Position numbers and translations under genes: made by a program | Notes under the pieces: model-generated | What the model was told of the DNA's origin: nothing | Seen by the model: only the letters and a program-made list of their open reading frames with translations | The model's database searches: none | Part shown: positions 16,505 to 28,691 of the stretch, piece after piece | Numbering within the stretch: position 1 is the stretch's first letter | How the letters are laid out: each line of letters starts with the position of its first letter | Assembly: GCA_040954595.2 (NCBI GenBank) | Contig: CM082588.2 | Location: 3,246,513-3,310,512 of the forward strand | Direction of reading: 5' to 3' | Length of the DNA: 64,000 bases | Source: Balanoglossus misakiensis | Taxonomy: Eukaryota; Animalia; Hemichordata

Positions 16505-19500
16505 CTAAGAGATTTGGTCTTCAAGCCATTGTTGCACAGAACCAACGTTTTCTTTTAACCATTTGACATTGGCCTTCGTCTTGTCGAGTGCCGAGAGGAA
16601 ACTCTTGCTTCCCGCCACGCCGTTACCGTTGTTCATGTCCGATCCGATGACATGATGATCGATAAAATAACGCAGCTGTCGGGGGAAAGACGATCGAACC
16701 GTCAAATTCAAAATTTCCTGTAGGATATTCATGCCACTATGCTATATTCGATTTCTGAAATATGTATTTGGTTCGCGAAATACCACTTGCTGTGTTGCGG
16801 GGACACGGTGTTTTGTGGATATGTCGCAACTTTTATGCTAAGTCTTGACAATGTTTCACGTTCATAGAAAACGCATTCATTGATAAGGGCGAGATTGGGT
16901 ACAGATATTATGTGATAAAAAATAACGTGGACACCAACCTCTTGAAGTTTGAACTCAGTGACAAAGGTAGAAGTCACCGCCTCAACCAATGGCGTCATCT
17001 GATAAAGACCAACGCCATATCTAGAAATGAAGGTGGAGACGATTTAATGCTTAGATGGATATAACCTTTACAGAATACATCATTGTGATACAACCACAAA
17101 GGCAAGTTACAAGACGCTGTTTGCCACTGTAACATTGACAAAGTTCATATTCCATGCAGGCATTTTTGGTCAGTCACCTGTGATGGCGCTTTACGATTAA
17201 TGCAAAGGCAATTTGTTGGTTTATTTTATCGTGCTGCCATTGTGATGTTGGGAAAAGGACCCTGAATATAAATATAGTGTTCGTACCTGGCGGATATGAC
17301 GTCCCAGTTTTCCCGGAAAAAGTCCCACATGAGATAGCTTCCCAGTGACGTTTGAGACATGACTTGGTAAATTTGGAGTGACTTCAGTGTGTCTATTTCG
17401 CCGCTTTCCAGTGTCTTGTCTAAATATCTAGCATCGGGTGAAATGCAATAATAAAACAATCAATCAACAAACAAACAAACAAACAAACAATTAAACAAAA
17501 ACACAAATAATCGACCAATCAAACAATCAGTACAAGTCCATGCTCTTGTACATAAAATTCCTACAATTGAAGCTATGCCAATTTTGTGTGAAACAAGACG
17601 AACAGTAATTTTACGACCAGTCAGATCATCAATATAACACACAGGGTTTTTTCCTATCAACCTATCATTTCTCGAGACAACAAAATCATCACGTGACATA
17701 TTTTTTTGGATGTTTGATTAGCTACCTGCTGAGAATCCACAGCTGACGGGAGCAAGTCAACGCTTCCAGGAACACGTCCTTCTCCGTCGCCACATTCGAT
17801 CGCTGGTATTGATCCCAGGCGAAGTTCCATTCCTCGATGCCACCAGCGGCTATGCCACCACACACCACAACTTTCTTCAAGTTCGGGGGGATCCTATTAG
17901 ATGGAAAACAGCAAATGATATAAAAAGGTACGAGTTTTCTATATGTACCGCGCTTATAAATTTGTTTGGTCATTTTTTTTCGTGTCACGCATTTCATTTT
18001 GTAAATTGGCCAAGTATGACGCCACAAATGCTTTCAATAAAGATACGTTTCTTTTTTGGTTTACTTACGCCTTTCCGTAGTGCATCCAACTGTCAAAGTG
18101 TATCTTGGCTTCTTTGACGCAATCTGGGTTACCATAGCGACAAGCAATATCCAATATCAATTCGCGATGATACCTGTTGCGAGACGAACGAAATGGGAGA
18201 TATCACCCCAAAACTCACAATTGCTTATTTTTATAGTAAGCACACAAAATGCACACTTGGTATTGGCAAACTGTGATCATTTCATATGAACCAAATTATT
18301 ACTTCAAGGGAAAAAAAATTACCGTTCAAGCTGAAGACCAGTGTCATTCCATCCCACGTAGGGATATAAATCTTCTACTTGTTGTAGCATGTATTTCTGA
18401 AGGAATAAAAGCAAGAGAACATGTATGTGATTGTACAACATGGATTCATCGTTTACTTTTGATTGTCATGTTTACCTATTCATGACTCGGGGCCAGGTAA
18501 CACTAAGTCGCCACACCTCTGTCTCTTTCTGCGCATGTGGCACACAGTGCAAATCGAAGGAAATGTTATTACCTGAAATGAGCCGTAAGCGGCGGTATGA
18601 CTCAGCAGACGATCCAGATGTCCCAGGTTTCGCATCGCAGCCATCCAAGGCAGGTATTCTCGTTCGTCCTTCAGATATTTGGTTAGCTTCAAGCCGATCA
18701 AAGGATCGAGCTGTCCGGCTCGGGCTAAATTAAATGCATCATCGATCATGGCTGCTTTCTGACTGACAGAAATCACCTTGGGTGGGTGAATCAGAGATAT
18801 AAAACAAAGACAGAAAAAGAGAAAGTGTCAATAAAATAATAGATACAGATACATACAACAATCGACAAAAAGTGGAGGTCACTAAAATTGTTGTCATTAT
18901 TTATGAATGGTTATTAGACTTTAGTGCTTACATGGTGCTGAGAATTCAGCTGGTCAATGATCAACTGCCAGTTTTTCATGTCGTAATTCACTCGATAGTA
19001 GAAGGCTTGGTTCGTGTTTCCAACAATCCACTCATCACTGGTTACGTCCGTAATATTCAGTTCAGCTGAAAAACAGACAAAAGTGTAAGCTTGTTAATAA
19101 CGTTATATACATACATACAGTTATACGTGTTCTGAAACAATTGTTACCCAAATTGTAAATGTGCATATTCAAGGTGAACTTTGGAAGTTGGTGGCGCAGT
19201 TTATAGTGTCGACACAAATAGATTCCTAGGTTTAATAAGATGCCCCAGTCCACCATGGATAATCTACTGACATCTCGTGAATCCGATATTTTTCAGAAAA
19301 TAAGAGGGCTAAGGTGGCCTCCACGATAGCACAGCGAAAGAAAAACAGGAAATTGCTTGTGTCTACATCGGTTTTAAAGGCAGGAACTCGCGTGCATTAT
19401 TAGGAAGGTCGCTGAAGCCACTTCAGCCTGTAATATTCTGCGTACATGTATAATAATCACTCATGAATAACAGGGGCTCTCTTGCCTCAGGAGAGTTTTG

Positions 19501-20282
19501 CCTTGTCTTACCTTCTTCGGTTTTCAGCCACGTATTCCTGGGTTTCTGAAAATCAGGTTTCCCCGCAGAGGTATAGGTGACCGGCACTTGCCAGATGTAT
19601 CTATAAGTGATTGAAAGAATCAACCAATGAAATAAGGGGCATGGCGGCGAAGGGGCGTGAAAACATCAGAGAAAATAATCTCCAAACAATTATGCGTTCA
19701 CTGTTTTTTTCTGGTTTACTAACTACACATAAGATACCGTCAACGACAGACGTATACTTACCCATACGGTGATTCCATGATTGTACTGTTCGACTCGCTG
19801 TCCACAAGGAAATGTCTTTGCGACACGGTAGCGGTGCCTCTCGCATAATCTCGCGTGATCGTCACCAGCGGGTAGCCCATCTGTAGTAACCAGGTGTCCA
19901 TCACGCGGGCAACGTCAATGGCTAAACCGTCCTCAGTGGCTGCCTATTGGCGCAATGTACGTACACTCATCAACACACAAGCAACAAGTTTTGGAAGTGC
20001 TTTATACCCACATGGTGTTTCAAGGCCACGTTTAAAACCACATACAAAGAGGAAAATTTCACAGACCACACATTTACATAATTTGCTTTGATGAGATTAG
20101 TTTACTCGAAATAAATCGGGAGATTGCTATTCCTAAATTAGTTCTTACCCAGTCCATGGCTGCCCAGAGGTCTTGGGATGTCGCGCTCGCGTACGCATTA
20201 TCAATTAGATATTTCTGATACGGATGAGAAAATACAAATAAGAAAACTACTATCAATACATTGAGAATGATTTGGGCGTGTT

Positions 20283-20313
<31 letters not shown>

Positions 20314-23300
20314 CTGCAACAGCTGTTTGTTAATTCAAATTCAACAGTAAAAGAAAGGATCACATATTTTACAAGATGACAGAACAGACTGGCGGTACTC
20401 ACGAAAAGTCCCTTTTTGAATGTGTCTTCTCCCAAGAAGTAAAACATCATCTTGACCAGTGCAGGGCCCTGCAGTAAAAATAGAACGTTATTTGTTTTCT
20501 CGTTATTGAGCCATCATAATGCGCGGATTTGTTCCATTGTAAAAAGGGCAGACATATGCAACATTGGTAGATTATATATTAATTCTGTACTAGCATATGC
20601 ATGATAGACATGTCTTGATATACATGTACATGTACATAGAAACGCGTTACACTGCACGCCCTTTTTCTACGAGAGTCAGTAAGCGCACAATTTACAAATC
20701 TGTCAGAGAGAAGTGACTCCACTTCGAGCTAATGATGTGTATGTGATTGACAAGATCTTTCTTCGCTCGCATCTCAACGTGACGATCTGCTAAGACCTAC
20801 ACCGTACCAGAAAAGTCTAACGACCACATTCAAATTTTACAAGGCAGTAAAACAAATGCGTGTTCACAACACTTCGGAAGGTTATTTGGTGCCGAGTTTG
20901 TCCCGCTAGAATATGGCCAACCGATGAGGTGACCGCTGAAGGTACGGCTATTACTTTAAATAACATACGTCCCGGCTTACTGGATTGACAGCGATTGAAT
21001 TCAAATGTCATCCTCCTGACTCATATCGAAGTCAGTTGGAGCGCCAGCGCGGATGATGACTGAATATTATATCACGCTTGCTTAACTCGCGGTAAAATGG
21101 ACTGTAAGCTAAACCCATAAGTAATTGGGTGGCTTCCAAGTCGGTTCATAAATATAAATTGACTGTTGAATTTTACCCCGCTTGCTCTGATGCCTGTACC
21201 CTTGATTTTTCGGTGGCGAAGTGTGCAGGGCACTTACTCACTCGTGTTTCACAGATTTTCAGAAAATAATGACATTCTTCCAAATCCGACAAATATTTGC
21301 CATATTAAAGTGTGTGACGAGTCTCTTTGAAAACAAAGAAGACAGAGTGCTCACCATCTTGTTTTCATAAAACAATCACTACATTAACGATTCCCCATAA
21401 AGCTAACACAGAGATTGGCGGCCATTTTGAAATTCAAACTTTCATATGAATTGTAAGTATTAATGTATCATAAAACAATACGCATACAATTAATAATGGC
21501 TTATAAGCAAATTACATTTAGTTACTTTAACATGAAGTATAGAAAAAGTACAGCAGTAATAAACGTTTTCGAGTCGTTAAATTTCGATTTTCCCCCAGGC
21601 TCAAATTATTCAAATTTATCTATCCAAACTGAAACCGATAACAAGTAAGCAATCATGAGTGGCCCGGGGCAAGATGAAAAATATCAGTTGTTCTATATTT
21701 AGCCATGAAATCCCATCACAGGAAACAGCAGAAGCTAGAGTTTGTTAAAGAGAGATCTCTTGAACGATCTTGATTCAATTTGACTGTTGATATTTAGCCG
21801 TTGATAATTTCGTAATGTCCATCAACAACAGGTTAACCCTTCTAACATCTGCTCAAATGGGTAAACGACCTCGCGAAAAAAAAATTCTAGCAACTATTGC
21901 AAGCAATATTACCGCAAATTGAATAAACGAATAAAAGGTTAACATCTTGCTATATCCCTTACCTTTTGGTACGCGATCATATCAAAGTTGTCGATAATCT
22001 CTATCGGTGTGCTGACTTCCTGGTAAACCGGATGTGACGTCGACAACGAATCCATGATGAACACTTTGTGTAAGTCGTTGGTCAAAAACTGCTGATCTGT
22101 CTGAGACATGATGTGAAGAAACAAAAAAGAGGGAAATATTTAGAGTGAGTTTCTGTTCAGGACATTCAAAATCTCGTCTTTTCACACTACTTCTACGAAA
22201 TGCAACCGCAAAGAGTTTAAATACTGCAGTCATGAAGTCTCCAATATTTTGAATCAAAAATCTTACCATGTAAAAATCCGGGTGCACGTGATCCACAGCT
22301 TTTAATCCCATAAATGTAGCGAAGCTTTCCTTCAGCCAAAGTTCGTCCCACCAAGCCTGGGTCACTAAATTACTGTGCCACTAAAACAGAACAATAACGT
22401 TGTCATCACCAAAAATCACGAATAAGAGTGATATTAAAATACTCCAGTTAACAAACGTTTCCACAGTTTTATTATTAAACTGAACTAGGCTCGAACCGTC
22501 TGGCCACTGGATAGCGCACAAATCACACGGTCGTGCTTCCAATATCTACAGGCTTTTTGATCACATTACCTGGTGACTCAATTCATGGCCTATGACCAGA
22601 GCGATCCACTGTTTATCCCTGCTCGATGAGGTGCCCTCTTTATAGAGAAGGACTTGCTCGCGAAACGTGTTCAGTCCCCAGTTCTCCATACCAGAAGCAA
22701 GAAGGGTTGGCAAGGCGATCATGTCTGAAAACCGCATAAAGAATCAATCGCTTAATTTAACGGTTGTTAGCTCATGTATGGCCTCTTAAAATGACAATCT
22801 AATTTGTAAAACGTACTGTTTTCGTCCCTGAGGGAGGTATCTTGACTTAAATCAGCACTCATATTATCGAAGAACAATTGGTGATAATGTGCACGGTGTG
22901 TTTCACACAAAAATGCATTTTACGAAATTAAGTAATAATTATTTGAAGTTAGTACAGACCTCAATCGGAAAGGTGTGTCGTACGTTAGTCAACTGAACAC
23001 TGTAGTTAATTCTAAAAAGGTGATTTATTGAGAAATTATATTTCAAAATAACGTACCCATTTTCGGAAGAGAATAGGGAATCGAAGCATAGGATTCAAGA
23101 TAAGTGAAGATCCTTGGTCCAATATCCATGGCGTACTGCACTTGGTCTAATGCTCCCTTTCTTGCCCATACCCTAAACTAAGACAATTGAAAAATACATA
23201 TCATTATCATCATCATCATCATCATCATGGACCCCAATATGATATGCGACTCACAAAGATTAAGTAAAAGATTCGAATGTACTCACATCAACTCTTTCAT

Positions 23301-24796
23301 CAAGGATCCTATACGTTTCTGTATACGTAAAGTCACAGACTATAAAAGCCAGCAGGTATGTGGACATTTTGGGTGTGGTTTGAAAGTGCGTGGCTATCCA
23401 TCCGTCCGGACGTTCCTCTCGGCCTTGGGGTTCGGGTAACTCCGGCATATTTGATAGAGCTATGTATTCTGGACGATGCACGATGGTGACGCTGAAATTT
23501 GTCTTGTAGCTGGGTTCGTCGAAACACGGAAAGACTTGTCTTGCAGCAACAGGTGACAAGAACGATGCGGCTATCAATCTACAAAACAAAATAAACAACT
23601 CTGTGAGACTTAGAGTTATTCAGAAATTCCACCTCAAGTTTGTGAAACCCAACGTCAAGTAGCTCTCTCTCTCTCTCTCTCTCGTATACATGACATTAAG
23701 TTTAAGGGAGCACACTCATTTAATGTTAGATGTTTGACTAAATCAGCATCAGCATTGCTTACTTTGTATTGGGTTAAATCAAGCAGAAGACCATCCGCGA
23801 TCGAAGGTCAATAATCCTCCTCCTATTTTGTACAAACACATCTCTAACCCCTGACACTAAGCCTTCTGGAAATGACTAATAGTCCTGCCAGATAGACTAT
23901 CATAAACGCACGTTGCTTATTGATTCGTATGTGTGTGTGTGACGGTGTGGGGTTGGGCGTTGTTGTAGGACGATTTATTGTTGCGTTCAATGTCTTAGAT
24001 CGCGACTTTCAGCGCAAATTCATGCCGCAGCGAGTTCTTTTTTGTCAGTTTCGCTTGATGTCAAAGGCAGCTGTGAATTTGTAAAAAGTTTGTATTTTCT
24101 GCCCCAGTAGTTTAGGATACCGCAATCTTACCTCAGTTTTCCATTTTCATCTATGTAACCGCTTTGATAAATGCCGTTACTGTCGCCGATCGTTCCGCTG
24201 AAATGTAATCCGAGCGTGTACTCCTCGCCTTTGACAAGTTTACCGTCCAGGGTGAGTATGACGTGGTAAAAGCGCTCTGAATAGATGGGTTTGCCAACAA
24301 TTTGCGGTACATTTATCGTTCTCTTGTGCCGGCCGCTAAGAGAATAATCGGAGATTTTTATCGTGTGACTTTGCAAGAGGATGAATGATGTTGGTTCCAG
24401 GCACTGCAGGGTGATCTCCACGTATCCCTTTATGAGGCGTTTCTCGATCAGCGGTTGCACTTCAACTTTGTAAAACGACGGCATCAGCGACGACGGCAAG
24501 CGCCAGTCGTCCCAGGAGGGGCCGTGCTTGAGCGGCGCTGGCGTCGGCGACTCGGTGGCGGCGTTCTCGTCGCACTCCGGCCGCTTGCTGACGAAGATGA
24601 CGAGCAAGACCAGCGCCAGGCAGAGGAGGAGAACGGCGATGGCCAGGAACGCGGCTTTGTACTTGGAGAGGTACAGCCCCGTGGTGTGCGCGGTGGAGTA
24701 GCCGGCTATGTGCACCTCGATCTCCTTCGGCGATTTGTCCGAGTAGTTCACGTTGTTAGCCAGGTGCGTCTGCGTTTGCGTTGGCGAGTTCGCCAT
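16505..24796 (-). CDS. Type II membrane M1-family zinc metallopeptidase (aminopeptidase N / TRH-degrading ectoenzyme-like), proximal-first-exon isoform, ~988 aa, 18 exons
   Basis: Phase-consistent GT-AG exons: 24796-24132, 23578-23287, 23177-23057, 22724-22570, 22380-22267, 22100-21963, 20468-20403, 20214-20149, 19943-19762, 19600-19512, 19065-18932, 18776-18573, 18396-18323, 18173-18069, 17893-17726, 17427-17287, 17020-16939, 16675-16505. Motifs: TM anchor AAFLAIAVLLLCLALVLLVIFV, WDDWRLP, ARQVFPCFDEP, SGMENWGL, HELSH-X18-E, catalytic Tyr in FDMIAYQKG, MDTWLLQMGYP, YYRVNYD, IDDAFNLARAG. Confidence 0.93.
20283..20312 (+). repeat. (TTG)n microsatellite, intronic
   Basis: About 10 units, directly visible. 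Confidence 0.85.
23205..23228 (+). repeat. (ATC)n microsatellite, intronic
   Basis: atcatcatc run directly visible in peptidase intron 2. Confidence 0.75.
23663..23683 (+). repeat. (CT)n microsatellite
   Basis: About 10 CT units in peptidase intron 1. Confidence 0.8.
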
Positions 24797-25434
24797 GGCG
24801 CCCAGAGAGTCGATTGACGTCGACGATCGCGGCGGCCAACAATACACACAGCGCGCAGGACCAGCAGGCTTCCGACACTGTTTGCCGGCCCGCCAACATG
24901 CATGGAATAACCGCCGACCAATCCAAGCTAATTTGAGGCAATTCCATTCCGCCGATCAGTTATATACTGGAAGCGGAAAAACAATGAATACGCTTTGCGC
25001 CGGTCATGACTAAGTAATGGAAAGTTTATCCCGTCCTGATTGCCTGCTCGATATCGGTGTATTCTTGTGCATTTAACGACCAGTCAAGCGGCCACATCAT
25101 CGCTGCCTTGTAGTCACCAAGCGGTGAATAATGAGTCAGATCGGAGCCGATTAACGGCAAGAATACCTTGGAACGTTTCAAGGCAACGGAAATATTGTTG
25201 TTTTTTCCAATGCATATGATATTAAGGTTACCCGCACTGACTTGCGAGAAAAGCACAAAGTGAGTCACTGTCGGAATAAATCATGGAAAAGTGCGTTTAT
25301 TACATTCGCAACTTTCTTATATACAACTTCCACAATGCACATTCGTCGACAGATGCATACCAACAACTTATGAACGCAAAAATATTCCAACCCCTTGGAC
25401 ACATTCAATAGATGATTTTCCGCTCATTACGAGA

Positions 25435-25444
25435 TCTCGCGAGA
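25435..25444. promoter_or_regulatory. TCTCGCGAGA palindrome (BANP/ZBTB33-type promoter motif) upstream of the proximal peptidase first exon
   Basis: Perfect palindrome ~640 bp upstream of ATG 24796 in a CpG-containing region. Confidence 0.3.
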
Positions 25445-27891
25445 CGTGGTTAAAATTGTACCGTTCAACACGAAGTGAAAACATCGTTTAATCTAATTAT
25501 GATCCAAAGGCATCATCCGTGTGCTTCGCGGTCTTCTAATGAATTAGCGCAATGAAACCATGCAACGTATCAGTTAATTGAAAGGGTTCATCAAATACTC
25601 GGTAAATCTGGATTTGTATGGCTTATTTCACATGGTCATTAAATCTGCCAATTAGCTTTCTTTGGGAAGAAACTTTCACTGACACGTAGTGCGCAGAGAT
25701 CAGATGACTTTGATAGTTTTGCTTTCATTAACCGTTTTGTCACTAAAAATTGAAGAAGTCAAAGTGCGTCATAAAAACAAACTCCGTGGCTGCCATGATC
25801 TCTGAACTTGTGGCGTTTGAACACGTCGTAAAACAACCACACACATTTAAATGTCTAGCGTCTTCATCTCGGCGCCGTGACACTGCTGTCATAAAATTGA
25901 ACTATTCAATAAATTGGATAAAATATCCACACAAATCCTCGAATCATTTGGGGTCGTGTTCCTTTGATGTCAGTTGTTACTGTCGAAGACCTTTGAAGCG
26001 ACTTTGATTCAATATTTTAAAGGGCGGGTGTCGTCGCGTCTGCGGCTGCGCATATGGGTCCTTTTTTATATAAATAACGCACATCCACAATGTTTAAGAG
26101 CGGCGAAGTAAAAACAATGTAAATGTTACGATGTCCATAAGGGGAACGATTAGTCGTTACTTATTGTACATCTCATCCTCGCGTACATTTGATATCACAT
26201 TTGCTGCTTGCACGGGTCCCCTACGACCTTTGCGAGCGATGTGTCGACGAATGTATCACTTCAATCGTGTTTAACGAGGGGGCACAACCGAGAAATTCGA
26301 CGCTTGGGGGAGCTGTTGAACTCGGGGTGTTTGGGCGTGTGGACTTGGAACTGTCGTGTCCTTCACGAGAAATCAACACCCAGTCCCATCTTGATTGATC
26401 GCCGGAGAATCTCCGCGGCACCAGCGGAACTAGGTCGTCACCCATGGAGACCGAGGGTCACGGCTTTTTCTAATGCGAGATTTGATGAGCAGAAACCTTA
26501 CACCGCCCCGCGGACCACATATGAAGTCGTGTTCATATCAGGCATGTTTTAACTTTGTAAATTGCCGCTGCTTTGGCAGCCCCGAGAGTTAAGGCTGCTA
26601 CCAAATGATAACATATTATCACATTCTGATGTAGGCATTGATGTTACAGACAAAAATATCCATACTTCCATACCATCTGGGTTTATAATCATCATGTTTA
26701 AAAATTATGTTCAGCTATCAAAATTAACGTCGACAGCATGTAAAGCATGTTTTCTATCATTATAGAACAAAGCGACATGGGTGCAATGGAATCTTGTGAA
26801 GACTCGTCAAGTTGGAATCATATCATAAGAAAAACCGTCCGACAGACACATACGTTGACCAAGGCTCATATCTGTAGCTGTCTGTCACTCAGCCATACCA
26901 AGAATATTTTGATTGCATGTCGTATCATAACATATAGAACATATTTCACAAGTCAGTTATTGTACCTATGTGTCTGTGCTGTAGTTTGAATTACTGATTC
27001 AGGTAATTTAGCATGTAGAGACCATGATGAGTGACAGAGCATGTGGTGAGTGGCTGTGCACATTACAAGTATCCGATTGCACTGACTGTGTGATGGTCAT
27101 AGACCGACGCAGTTGGCTTTAATCATGATATTTTATAGGGGCATGACAATGGACCTATAACAAGTATTCTCCCTCTCAATTACATTATATTTCGAATAAC
27201 GTCATGATAATAGGATCATCGACATCGAGTATCAAGGTCAGATCGATGTCACCTCACAGTGACCCGGTGCGGCAACTTCAACCAGTGAATCATCGACACG
27301 GTCAGACATATATACATGTACGCAGTAATGCTAAGTTGGTGTTAAAGCAATGGATATTCATATCCTATCTCTACAACAATATTTCACTCAATGAGCAACT
27401 GGAATTGAGACGCAACTGTAGATATCTAAGTAGTGCGTAGCAATTTCAAGCTGGCATTATTAGATTGTTACAATCAGTTTTAATGATTAATAGACCAAAG
27501 TAATTAACCACACTTCATCACAGAATACGGCCGCGCCAAAGAGTCCCACTATCCTTAAAATGCAAAACTAAAAGCTTCGTGTGTTAATATATCAGCATTC
27601 TATTACTCACATGGCCTGTCTGTTAGTTTTTCATGACAGATATAGTGACACATGCATTACATGTAAGCTATGGCATCACTGTCACCTGTTGCCCATCTAT
27701 AACCATTTGAGACAATGATTGGCCATAACTGTGGACCTACACGAGCGAACTGTACTTTTTGGTGCACAATGCCGTCACTCTCTACTTGGATATTTTAGTC
27801 TACTTGGAATATTAATTCATAAAGAAATAGTGACATGTAGTTTATACATCATCATTCACGGGAGGTGAACATGGCGATATAAAGGACTCAC

Positions 27892-28691
27892 CCCGTGGTG
27901 TTATACGAATCGTTCCCCGTCTGATAACGTGAGAGGTAGAGACCAAACCAGCCAGGCGCACCATTTTCGCTCTCGTCGTCCACGTCCATCTGGACACTGA
28001 AGTTGCCGATCTTCAGCAAGTACTGCCGATTGGCTTCTAGCTTTCGATCGAGGACCACGGTGTAGTAGTGGAACTCGTCGTACCAGAGGGTCTCCACGAC
28101 GGTGAGGTTATCTCCTGTGTCCCGGTCTCTCACCGAGACAGAGTCGTTCTCCACATTCAGGTAGAAGGAAGTAGCGTGCAACAGAATGACCCTGGTCGGT
28201 TGTTCGCACGTTATCAATGTTTCCACGGCGCCTTCGAATCTCGCTTCTTGCAGGTCGATTTTCAGTTCGATGTCGTAAAAGCTCGGCTTCACCGTACCTG
28301 GTAGTCGTGGGTCTGACCATAGAGTTTCCAGGTCACTTTCAAGAGCATAGTCTATCTCCGTCGAAGAATTCTCGGCTGGTCCTCCCGTCAAGCCATCGGT
28401 AGAAGTCCCAATCAAGTCTGTCGGTGTCGTATCTTTCACCAGGATCAGCATCAGAGCGATGCCCACTAACGTCAAAATAAGGAACAGAAGAATGATTGCA
28501 CCAGTGAATCGCTTGCGAACGTAAAACGGTCTCTCTTTCCGACAACTTTCCTCCTTGGTGAAGTCCCGTGGTTGGGCGGGGGTGCTCAGGTCGTCGAGCG
28601 AGGTGTTGCAGGCCACGTTGCGGAAACCCTGCGGTTCACTATCGGACGTTACCATGCGCGTCAACGCCACGTTCGATTCCGAAGTCTCCAT
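27892..28691 (-). CDS. Distal alternative first coding exon of the M1 peptidase (cytoplasmic tail, TM, stalk, N-terminal domain start); ~1033-aa isoform
   Basis: 800-nt ORF METSESN... with TM FTGAIILLFLILTLVGIALMLILV, WSDPRLPGTVKPSFY, ILLHA and GLYLSRY, paralogous to the proximal first exon. Ends in phase-2 donor GG|GTGAGT, compatible with the shared acceptor at 23578; no other downstream M1 exons seen between 24.8 and 27.9 kb. Confidence 0.8.

Noticed and set aside
21300-21620. Possible dispersed repeat fragment (GGCGGCCATTTTGAAATTCAAA) in a peptidase intron
   Set aside because: No second copy, terminal repeats or target duplication seen in the window; needs a repeat library.
26221-26445. 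CpG-rich minus ORF MGDDLVPL... between the two peptidase first exons, as a third first exon
   Set aside because: No TM or M1 homology, and the only phase-2 donor noted near its end (AG|GTCGTA) is very weak.
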